Origin: Bdellovibrionales bacterium
Lineage (GTDB): Bacteria; Bdellovibrionota; Bdellovibrionia; Bdellovibrionales; UBA1609
Length of the DNA stretch: 64,000 bases
Assembly (NCBI GenBank): GCA_965261545.1
Contig: CBDHDF010000007.1
Coordinates: forward strand, 1-64,000
Reading direction: 5' to 3'
Position numbers and translations under genes: made by a program. Shown here in pieces: positions 49,993-57,928 of the stretch. Position 1 is the stretch's first letter. Every line of letters begins with the position of its first letter. A model generated the notes under the pieces. It saw nothing but the letters and a program-made list of their open reading frames with translations, searched no databases and was not told where the DNA came from.

Positions 49993-50784
49993 CTATGAAA
50001 TATATGGATAGCCTTCAAGCTTTAATAAAAACTTTTTACGATGCACTCCCCCACTGAAGCCATGTATGGCTCCACTCCGAGCAATCACCCTATGACAAGG
50101 AATAACAATGGGAATGGGGTTGCGAGAATTCGCCATACCCACGGCCCGAGCTTTTTTGGGATCCCCCAGCTTATGAGCCTGCTCCTGATAAGAGTAGGCT
50201 TGACCATAGGGTATTTGCTTAAGAGCCATCCAAGCTTTCTTCTGAAACTCTGTTCCATCGGGGGCTAATGGAAGATCAAAGTCCAAGCGCTGACTTGAGA
50301 AATATTCTCCAATTTGAGCCTTGGTGGCTTTAAGTATTTCATTCTGAGATCCATCTTGAAACTTTACAGGAGAAAAAGGACCCCCATCTCCACTTATTTG
50401 ATGATTTTGATGATTTTGGTGATTCTGACGATTTTGGTGATTTTGATGATTTTGATGATTTTGATGGCTATCGTGGTTATGATGACTTTGGTGAGAAAGG
50501 CGAATTTCTTTGGACGCATTGGACACCCTAGATCCACTGGACTTAGTGAGCTTGGAAGACTTAGTGAACCTAGAAGACTTTGAAATATCGAGCTTAGATT
50601 CAAATGAATCCTTAAAAAGTTCTTCAAGTGGATTCTTAAAAAATATGGCCTTAAGAGCATTTTGAGAAGCAAACAAGTGCAGGACTCCCAAAGGTGATGG
50701 AAGCTGTTCATAAAATACATTTGCTTTTTCACTTTGACTTAGCCAACACCAAGTCTGATTTTTTTTAGCCAAGGCCGCCATCAC
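49993..50784 (-). CDS. ogt: Methylated-DNA-protein-cysteine methyltransferase with low-complexity insertion
   Basis: SPLG, GTEFQKKAW, IPYG, ARAVG.A..RNPIPIVIPCHRV. Confidence 0.93.
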   Translation of the reverse strand: MMAALAKKNQTWCWLSQSEKANVFYEQLPSPLGVLHLFASQNALKAIFFKNPLEELFKDSFESKLDISKSSRFTKSSKLTKSSGSRVSNASKEIRLSHQSHHNHDSHQNHQNHQNHQNRQNHQNHQNHQISGDGGPFSPVKFQDGSQNEILKATKAQIGEYFSSQRLDFDLPLAPDGTEFQKKAWMALKQIPYGQAYSYQEQAHKLGDPKKARAVGMANSRNPIPIVIPCHRVIARSGAIHGFSGGVHRKKFLLKLEGYPYIS

Positions 50785-50829
50785 CCACCCATCATTAAAG
50801 TAATATCTTGAAAACTCTTCTATGATTTA

Positions 50830-50993
50830 GTAAACATCTTCCTATGAAGAGGGAGAGAGGCTTGGCTTTCGCCACGCTCCGCAGGGTCAGCCTTTCCCTC
50901 TCCTTCCTTCTTGCCTTGTGCCCAGCCTGACGGCTGGCACGCTGAGTCTCGCTTCGCTTGCCTGAAGGGTAAAAGTGTAAAAGGGCCAAGGGG
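50830..50993 (-). other. Structured element downstream of the FGE gene; candidate DGR IMH plus cis-acting hairpins
   Basis: On minus: pyrimidine tract ccttggcccttttacacttttaccctt, GCGAAGC, hairpin GTGCCAGCC-GTCA-GGCTGGGCAC (50918-50940), GCGGAGC, TGGC-GAAA-GCCA inside a GAGAGGGAAAGGCT/AGCCTCTCTCCCTC stem. Confidence 0.55.
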
Positions 50994-52835
50994 TTACATA
51001 GGCGTCCTCACAAGGCGGAAACCGATATCGCGCCAGCGACCACCAGGCCGAGCGTAGTTACGATTGGAAGAGCGCAGGAGGCGAGCGATGTGCCCCAACT
51101 GCCACCACGTACAAATACGGTTAGAGCCACTTCTCGGACCTCTAGGGTCTGTGACAGACCCAAACCAAGATTCAGAATACTCCCTCTCATACCAATCTTC
51201 GACCCACTCCCACACATTTCCATGAACATCATAAAGCCCTAGGGGATTGGGGCTCAACAATGCTACGGACCTTGATTGTCGGCTTTGTTTGCCAGATCCA
51301 GAGTTCCCCCTATACCAACCATAGTTTTTAAGTTCTGAAGGATTGTCACCAAAGGAGTAGGCTGTTTTTGTGCCTGCTTTTGCACCACCCCTAGCTGCAA
51401 ATTCCCACTCCGCTTCCGTAGGCAAACGGTATTCATATTTGTCACCGTGGGACTCTCTCGCCCTGCGATTGTACTCATTTATAAATTCTTGGACGTCCTC
51501 CCAAGACACTCTCTCCACAGGATGATCGGCACACATTGAAACTCCATCTTGTTCCATATAACTTTCTGGGCAATACCCTTCTTTTTGAAATTTTGAAGGA
51601 TTTGTCCCCGTCACAACAAACCACTGCCATTGAGTCACCTCTGTGGTGCCTTTTTCAGTCTTAGGACTCCCCATGATGAAAGAACCTACAGACATGGGGA
51701 CAAAACCATATTGAGACAATGTTGGTCTCACATAGGCTCTCAAAACACTGTATTCAATACCTGTTTTGTCTTTTGAATAAAGACGTGTCTTCATCCGAGG
51801 GCTTCCTATCACTTCATCCACCAAGCTTTCAATAACTCCATTAAGAGCACTCACGGCATCAGCGAACTCCTGCTTGCTGTCAATTTTTGAGTCAAGTTCC
51901 TCAAGGTTTTTTCTTAAGGTAGCTAATTTTTTTATAAGAGATCCTGCATTTTCTTCTCGATAGTCCTCTATGAACTCTTCTATGCCTGAGACCTTTTCCT
52001 GCGCCTCATCTCTTTGTCGAACGAGGTCATGGAAACGGGGAGCTTCCATGCCCTCTTTATAGGCTTTGACCTGCCGAGCCTCTTTGGGACCTAGGGTAGG
52101 AAGCTCATTAACTCTTAGCACGGATTGAAGGCGACGCTTAAAGTCACTCACAGGGACTTTTCTTATAAATGCACCATGGGGCCGCTGGCAATCACTCACC
52201 TTATCTATAGCAGGACCCACTTCACACTCTTGGATCACAATCTTATCTTCTCCTTGTTGGCTTTTCTCTTTATAAAATAAAATCACATCACCATCGGGGC
52301 CTACAAGATTCACAGAAGAGGGCCTTCTTTTGTCACCCCTCTTATCACTATCACCTCTTTTCGTACCATGAGGACGAGATCCACGAGGTCCGCTGTGGGA
52401 ACCATGGCCGCCATGGGAACTATAACGACCTTGGAAGCCAGATCCATGGGGTAACTGGAGTCGGCCTCCTGATTTTAGGGTGATTCGCCTCATCTTTTCT
52501 TCATGCTTACGAACCACAGCCTTGTAGGAAGCGGCACGATCTTTTGATGTAGATGATGTAGATAAAAATGCAGATAGAGATGCAGAAGAGTCCCCTGATG
52601 GATTTGTATGATTCTGGTTCTGATTCTGATTCTGGTTCTGATTCAGACCTTTGTCTTGACTCTCTCGGCTCTTTTTGCCCTCTTTGTTCACTCGGCTCTC
52701 TTTGCTCAAAAAGGCACATGAAGGCAGAACCATCAACAGTGACAATAACCACAAAAGCAATAAAGGTCTCATGGACCTCATGGGTTTCATTCCTTTCATT
52801 TTTTGATCTCCTTTCATTTTTTGCTTTGGCGGCAC
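50994..52835 (-). CDS. Lipoprotein with coiled coil and C-terminal FGE-sulfatase (SUMF1, C-type-lectin fold) domain; candidate DGR target
   Basis: Lipobox LPSC; TEVTQWQW, HPVERVSW, YRLPTEAEWEFAARG, PNPLGLYDVHGNVWEW, GFRLVR. Confidence 0.9.
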   Translation of the reverse strand: MPPKQKMKGDQKMKGMKPMRSMRPLLLLWLLSLLMVLPSCAFLSKESRVNKEGKKSRESQDKGLNQNQNQNQNQNHTNPSGDSSASLSAFLSTSSTSKDRAASYKAVVRKHEEKMRRITLKSGGRLQLPHGSGFQGRYSSHGGHGSHSGPRGSRPHGTKRGDSDKRGDKRRPSSVNLVGPDGDVILFYKEKSQQGEDKIVIQECEVGPAIDKVSDCQRPHGAFIRKVPVSDFKRRLQSVLRVNELPTLGPKEARQVKAYKEGMEAPRFHDLVRQRDEAQEKVSGIEEFIEDYREENAGSLIKKLATLRKNLEELDSKIDSKQEFADAVSALNGVIESLVDEVIGSPRMKTRLYSKDKTGIEYSVLRAYVRPTLSQYGFVPMSVGSFIMGSPKTEKGTTEVTQWQWFVVTGTNPSKFQKEGYCPESYMEQDGVSMCADHPVERVSWEDVQEFINEYNRRARESHGDKYEYRLPTEAEWEFAARGGAKAGTKTAYSFGDNPSELKNYGWYRGNSGSGKQSRQSRSVALLSPNPLGLYDVHGNVWEWVEDWYEREYSESWFGSVTDPRGPRSGSNRICTWWQLGHIARLLRSSNRNYARPGGRWRDIGFRLVRTPM

Positions 52836-53083
52836 TTTACTTAACTCTTGCCCTCTTTAGCCATTGACTTGAACCCATAAACTCACCCACTATCTGAACC
52901 AACCTTAGTCTCATTGACTCAAGCCTACCTACTTGACTTTACTTATGTCACTGAGTGATTGTCGACACAAAATAGTACAAACTTGAATTCCTAGACTTTG
53001 CGAGGACTCCTAGATAAAATTGAAACAGGTTACAGTAGCCAAAACCATTTTTCGGCGGAAATTGCTGTACCATTTTGTAATTT

Positions 53084-53395
53084 ATGAGGAGAAATACATT
53101 GAATATGTCAAGCCAAAGACTAGATTATTTCCAATATGATGAGCCTCAGGCTCAAAAGCTCTGGATTGATGAGAAAGAGCAGACTATAAATATCATCCTT
53201 ACAGACGGAAGAACCATTTTGGTACCCTTAGCCTTTTACCCCTTTCTTCTTGAAGCTACTAAAGAAGCAAGGAACGACTACCGGCTCTTTGCTGAAAATA
53301 CAGGGATACATTTTAATACCCTTGACGAAGACATTTCCGTAGAGCATTTAGTTTTAGGTAGGAGGCAGCTTCCTAACTTCCCATCCAAAACTTAG
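53084..53395 (+). CDS. DUF2442 family protein (antitoxin-like)
   Basis: LTDGRTILVPLAFYPFL..AT...R, GIHF..LDEDISVEHL. Confidence 0.85.
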   Translation: MRRNTLNMSSQRLDYFQYDEPQAQKLWIDEKEQTINIILTDGRTILVPLAFYPFLLEATKEARNDYRLFAENTGIHFNTLDEDISVEHLVLGRRQLPNFPSKT

Positions 53396-53427
53396 GAGGT
53401 ATTATGTCAAAGAATAAAATATTTGGA

Positions 53428-53648
53428 GTCGAGTAGGGAAGGAGGTTTCCCCCCTCCTCCCAGAACCCAACGTGCGCAACTCACGCATGGCTCCTCTTAT
53501 AGGTTCCCGGTTCCCCTGCCTCCAGTTTCTCGGCCTAGGAGCAAGGGCTATCGGCACCAAAGGCCAATAAACGAAGTGCAGGTCGGGCCAACTGCTGAGC
53601 TTTTTGCACAGCTTGCTCCAAAACCCCAAGTTCCATCAATAAGCACAC
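53428..53648 (-). ncRNA. Miniature ORF-less group II intron-like RNA (DV/DVI recognisable)
   Basis: On minus: starts GTGTG (GUGYG); DV-like GAGCC-ATGCG-tgagttg-CGCA-CG-TTGGGTTC with AGC triad; DVI-like GGGAGGAGGGGGGAAACCTCCTTCCCT-A-CTCGAC end. Confidence 0.65.
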
Positions 53649-53666
53649 GAATCCCCTGTGTGTTTT

Positions 53667-55148
53667 TTATCTTCCTTTAGCAAAAGCGATAATGCGTATT
53701 GTTTTGAGAATAATAGCAAGGTCTAAGAGTAATGAGTAATTTTTGATATAAAATAAATCATATTGTAGTTTTTCCCGCGCATCTTCAGTGGAGGACCCAT
53801 ATCTATAAAGTACTTGGGCCCAACCAGTGATACCAGGTTTGACTAGATGCCTTAGTTCGTAATAGGGAATTTCACTTTTAAATTTTCGAACAATTTTTGT
53901 GGATTCAGGTCTTGGCCCAATGAAGCTCATCTCTCCCTTGAGAACATTAATGACCTGTGGGAGTTCATCAATACGAGTGAGTCGTATGAACTTCCCAATG
54001 TTAGTGATTCTCTCATCGTTGAGATGGGTCCATGGAGATCCACTATCTTCGGCATTTATAACCATAGAACGGAATTTATAGATGATAAACTCTCTTCCGC
54101 CTTCACCGACCCTCCTTTGAGAGTAAATAGCAGGACCACGACTTGTGAAATAAATAAGAAGTGCTGTCAACAGCATGAGGGGGGCTGTGGTCATCAGCAA
54201 AAAGATAGACAAGATAATATCGAGAATTCTTTTGACCCTGAGTCCAATGGGGTTGTGCAGTAGTTCAAAGCCACTCACCATGGTGAACCAACCATCTTTC
54301 AAATAAAAGATGGGAACTTTTAGCCAAACTTTTTCATAGAATTCTGCAAGGTCAAAGACTTTGACCCCTCTTAGACGAGCTTGCATTAAGGGCTTGAGGG
54401 TGGAATCAGCAAGGACTGTATTTTCGCCAATAATGACTCCCGACCAGCGACGACTTAACCATTGGTGGCAATCTTCCCATTGCCCCAGTACGGGGAAGGA
54501 AGGTGATTCGCTAGGAGAGGCAGTGGAAGTAGCGAAGGTCGAGGCGGCGGAGGTGGAGTCTTGCGGCAGAAGGGCGTGAAGCTTTCCTTGGTAGTTGGTT
54601 TTTTTAAATTCAGACCAGAGTCTTTGAACAGTGTTTGCCTCTCCAAGGACGAGCCAGTGTAGCTTTTCCACTCGATCACGTGCCCAGTGAGCGAGGGCAA
54701 GCCTCCAACCCATGGCCCAAAGAGTGAATAGGCAAAGGCCACCCACCAGAACGATACGCCCTGTTTCACTGGCGAGTTTGTGCCCACCAAGGAGATAGGT
54801 GAGGGTGACAGTGCATAAGCCCGAAATGAGAGTGGCTGCAATGACTCGCCCATGGGCTCTTAAGCCTGAAATTTGTGACTCTAAACTATAGAGGTCAAAG
54901 ATGTGAAAGGTGATAAAAAGAGTGAGAAATAAAATCAAGTAGGGAATGGATAAAAAGTCTGTGCCACTAAAGTGGCCGAGACGCCATAGGGAGCTAAGGG
55001 CAAAACCACAACATAGGCCAATGACATCAATGGTAAAGACAAATGTGGTAAAGAGACGGCTTAAAAAAGGCGAACTGAGGCGGATGGCACCCTCTGTGGG
55101 TACTGGCAGAGTCATAGTGTCTAAAGAAGCGTGCCTCATGGCTTTCAT
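53667..55148 (-). CDS. Polyprenyl glycosylphosphotransferase (WcaJ/Bac_transf family, exopolysaccharide priming)
   Basis: N-terminal TMs; KRILD, YKFRSM, RLTRIDELPQ..NVLKGEMSFIGPRPE, VKPGITGWAQV, KLQYDLFY. Confidence 0.93.
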   Translation of the reverse strand: MKAMRHASLDTMTLPVPTEGAIRLSSPFLSRLFTTFVFTIDVIGLCCGFALSSLWRLGHFSGTDFLSIPYLILFLTLFITFHIFDLYSLESQISGLRAHGRVIAATLISGLCTVTLTYLLGGHKLASETGRIVLVGGLCLFTLWAMGWRLALAHWARDRVEKLHWLVLGEANTVQRLWSEFKKTNYQGKLHALLPQDSTSAASTFATSTASPSESPSFPVLGQWEDCHQWLSRRWSGVIIGENTVLADSTLKPLMQARLRGVKVFDLAEFYEKVWLKVPIFYLKDGWFTMVSGFELLHNPIGLRVKRILDIILSIFLLMTTAPLMLLTALLIYFTSRGPAIYSQRRVGEGGREFIIYKFRSMVINAEDSGSPWTHLNDERITNIGKFIRLTRIDELPQVINVLKGEMSFIGPRPESTKIVRKFKSEIPYYELRHLVKPGITGWAQVLYRYGSSTEDAREKLQYDLFYIKNYSLLLDLAIILKTIRIIAFAKGR

Positions 55149-55203
55149 CTACCATTCAAAGTGGTACTTGAGACAACAAAAGCTGCTTAGCATCATCTTT
55201 ATT

Positions 55204-56502
55204 TCATAGAAATTTAAAGCCGAGAATTTTTTCGTGACGATAGATCACTCTTCCGAGCTTGTCCCCTTTGATGGGTGAAACATAGCGACACTCCGTGTAG
55301 AGAATCTGAAAGTGATCTCCTTGGCGTTTTTTTGATTTCTCTCCAAAAGTCATGTGGACCACCCAGCGTCCCACATCCATGAGAAGGTTGGGGGAGACCT
55401 CTTTTCCTCTGGCTCGCCGTATAATGGCGTGGCTGCTGGGTTCATCCACAAGGTGAACCCACAGGTCCCAGGGCTTTGACTGGCGCAGTAGTTTGATGTT
55501 TTCTTTGGCATTTTTTCCCACCCAAGCCTCAAGCCCCTCTTGGAGAATTCTTTTGCGAGCTCGAACCTTGAGGGAGCTTTGTTGACCCTTTTTGCGTTGG
55601 CTCCCTTCATGTTGGCTTTCTTTGCTCTGGTGACCTTGGTTGTGCGAGTGACCTTGTTTCTCCAGGCTTTGGAGCTTTTCCTCAAGCTCTCTTTTTCGAG
55701 CTTCAGTTCCCAGAATCTTTTGAGCTTTGGCTTTTTCCTTGGCAAAGCATTTTTCGATATTCCATGCAAGGCTTTTTTGGGAGTCAGTATAGAAACTCCA
55801 TTGATTTGGAACATTGAGGCTTTGGGTTTCCACGAGATGTTTTCCGATCAGGCCCCAGGGAAGTTGCCTTTTTTTTTCTAATTCCTGTGATACTTTTTGA
55901 AGAGCTTTTTCAATATGTGTGACTTTCTGTTTCCATAGATGTTCAGAAATTGAGGAAGAAGAGGCGCGTTGATCCTCATGGAGAGCTTGAAATTCAGAAC
56001 TTAGCTCTCCGAGGGAGCGGCAGGTTGTTGGTAAATAGGTGCTCTTTAGTTCTTCTAAATCTTTGATGGGCTTCATGCTCAGTGTTTTATTCTCGGTGCG
56101 AACAATGAGATTTTGTCCGTGGGGGAACAAGCGCATTTCTAGTTCACATCGACTGTATGTGGGTTCTATTGAATGTTCTCGCCCTTTTAATGCTAAATGG
56201 ATCACTCGTCCAAGCTTTTTGTCACAAGCGATTGAGTCTAGAGACTTTCCGAGGGCATGGGCCTTGAGGAAGAGATAAATGGGTTTATTTTGTGATTTTT
56301 TAGAGAGTCTTGGCTGGGGCATGGGAAGAAGCAAGGGAAGGAGGGGGTGGAGGCTTAAATGCCACCAAGATTTTTGGCCAAAAGCCCAAAAGCCAAACTC
56401 CAAATGCATGTGATGAAAGCGGATTTCCTGGAGTGGGCTCGACTTGAGGCGGCTTAGATCTTCGCAGATCAAGTTGAGTTCGCTGGTGTTGAGTGGTTTC
56501 AT
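55204..56502 (-). CDS. NFACT/RqcH(FbpA)-like RNA-binding protein (NFACT-R, DUF814)
   Basis: VGKNAKENIKLL...WDLWVHL.DEPSSHAII, YTECRYV; central coiled coil. Confidence 0.75.
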   Translation of the reverse strand: MKPLNTSELNLICEDLSRLKSSPLQEIRFHHMHLEFGFWAFGQKSWWHLSLHPLLPLLLPMPQPRLSKKSQNKPIYLFLKAHALGKSLDSIACDKKLGRVIHLALKGREHSIEPTYSRCELEMRLFPHGQNLIVRTENKTLSMKPIKDLEELKSTYLPTTCRSLGELSSEFQALHEDQRASSSSISEHLWKQKVTHIEKALQKVSQELEKKRQLPWGLIGKHLVETQSLNVPNQWSFYTDSQKSLAWNIEKCFAKEKAKAQKILGTEARKRELEEKLQSLEKQGHSHNQGHQSKESQHEGSQRKKGQQSSLKVRARKRILQEGLEAWVGKNAKENIKLLRQSKPWDLWVHLVDEPSSHAIIRRARGKEVSPNLLMDVGRWVVHMTFGEKSKKRQGDHFQILYTECRYVSPIKGDKLGRVIYRHEKILGFKFL

Positions 56503-56675
56503 ATCATCTTCCTACTATCTTCCTGGAGATAGGTGTGGTAATTTGGCATGGTAATTGTAGATATATAATAGGTGCTTGTTGAGAAATTCAAATGTTTTAT
56601 TTGAATCACAACCCATGTTTTTTAAAATCATAACTAAATCACAACGAGAAAGAGAAAGGTGTTATTGGGGACTTT

Positions 56676-57065
56676 ATGGTTGATAACAGTCTCTATGGAG
56701 AAAAGGCCATACAAGAATCGAATCTTGAGCGCTTTGAGAATCGCACTCAAATTCGAAGATATAGTATTCACTTTACTTGCCCCGAGTTTACTTGTCTATG
56801 CCCTCGAAGTGGCTTTCCTGACTTTGCAACCCTCTTTATCCACTATATTCCAGACAAGTGGTGTGTGGAACTCAAGTCCTTAAAGTTTTATATCAATCAG
56901 TTTCGCAATAAGCCGGTGTTTCATGAAGATGTCACCAATGAAATTCTTGATGATCTTATAAAGCTGCTTGATCCTTGGGAGGTTGAAGTCAAGGGGGACT
57001 TTCATGTGAGGGGAAATATTCATACAGTCGTGACAGCTGTTCATAGAAAGGAGTCCAATGGTTAA
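56676..57065 (+). CDS. queF: NADPH-dependent 7-cyano-7-deazaguanine reductase (type I)
   Basis: PEFTCLCPRSGFPDFA, VELKSLKFY, FHE, VRGNI. Confidence 0.95.
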   Translation: MVDNSLYGEKAIQESNLERFENRTQIRRYSIHFTCPEFTCLCPRSGFPDFATLFIHYIPDKWCVELKSLKFYINQFRNKPVFHEDVTNEILDDLIKLLDPWEVEVKGDFHVRGNIHTVVTAVHRKESNG

Positions 57066-57882
57066 AAATGCCAGTGAATCAACACAGGGGAAGAATCTCC
57101 TTTTTCAAAAAGTGGGGATTTTTATAGATGCTGAAAATATTGAACTCTCAGGCTTAAAGCACCACGAAAGCCGCACGGATTATAAAAAGATTTTGGAGCA
57201 AGTGGGGGATCGGGAGATCACGCGTATTCTCTACTATAAACCTGAGTACAAGGAAATATCTGAAGATTTTGAGGCGTTTTGGAGCACGTTGGGCGGCGAA
57301 ATCAAGCGTCCTGCTAAAAATGCAGATACATTCCTTGTGATTGATGCGGTGACAATGGCTGAGAAGCTCGATGTGGCCATCATTTTAGGGGGAGATAAGG
57401 ACTTTCTGCCACTGATTTGGTATTTGCGTTCAAGGGGTTGCAAGGTTGAAATATGGTCCTGGCCTGAGACGACTTCACCCGAGGTGCAAGGTGCGGCGGA
57501 CTTATATTTTCCTATTACAAAAGAGTACCTTATGAAGGCATCTCAGAAGGTACGTAGGCATAGTGCACCTCCGAAAGTGGGGGCAGAAAAGGGTGGTTCG
57601 ACTTCCACCAAGAGCAGTTCGACTTCCATCAAAGATAATGGAAGAGAGAAGGGCGCTAGTGATAGAGGCATCAAGGACAGGGCTCCCTCTCGCAGAGGTT
57701 CAAGCTCCGGTGAGAACAGGCGTCACCAAAGTACTAAGAGTTCCCAAAGTTCTAATAGCTCTAGTAGTTCCCAGAGTCCTAATAGCTCTCAGAGTTCTAA
57801 TCGTTCTAGTAGCTCTCAAAGTTCGAGTAGTTCCAAGAATTTCAATGGCTCTCAGAATTCCAATGGTTCTCAGAAAAAATGA
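57058..57882 (+). CDS. NYN domain (LabA/DUF88) putative ribonuclease with Ser-rich tail
   Basis: IFIDAEN, KNADTFLVIDA, GGDKDFLP...G.KV, AADLY; overlaps the end of queF. Confidence 0.85.
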   Translation: MVKNASESTQGKNLLFQKVGIFIDAENIELSGLKHHESRTDYKKILEQVGDREITRILYYKPEYKEISEDFEAFWSTLGGEIKRPAKNADTFLVIDAVTMAEKLDVAIILGGDKDFLPLIWYLRSRGCKVEIWSWPETTSPEVQGAADLYFPITKEYLMKASQKVRRHSAPPKVGAEKGGSTSTKSSSTSIKDNGREKGASDRGIKDRAPSRRGSSSGENRRHQSTKSSQSSNSSSSSQSPNSSQSSNRSSSSQSSSSSKNFNGSQNSNGSQKK

Positions 57883-57928
57883 GAGGGAGGGTCATCTAGC
57901 CTCCAAGCACAGTGGTCTGTGGTCTTCT

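Noticed and set aside
53402..53680. ORFs 53402-53629 (-) and 53423-53680 (+)
   Set aside because: No protein-like features; better explained by the structured group II-like RNA.
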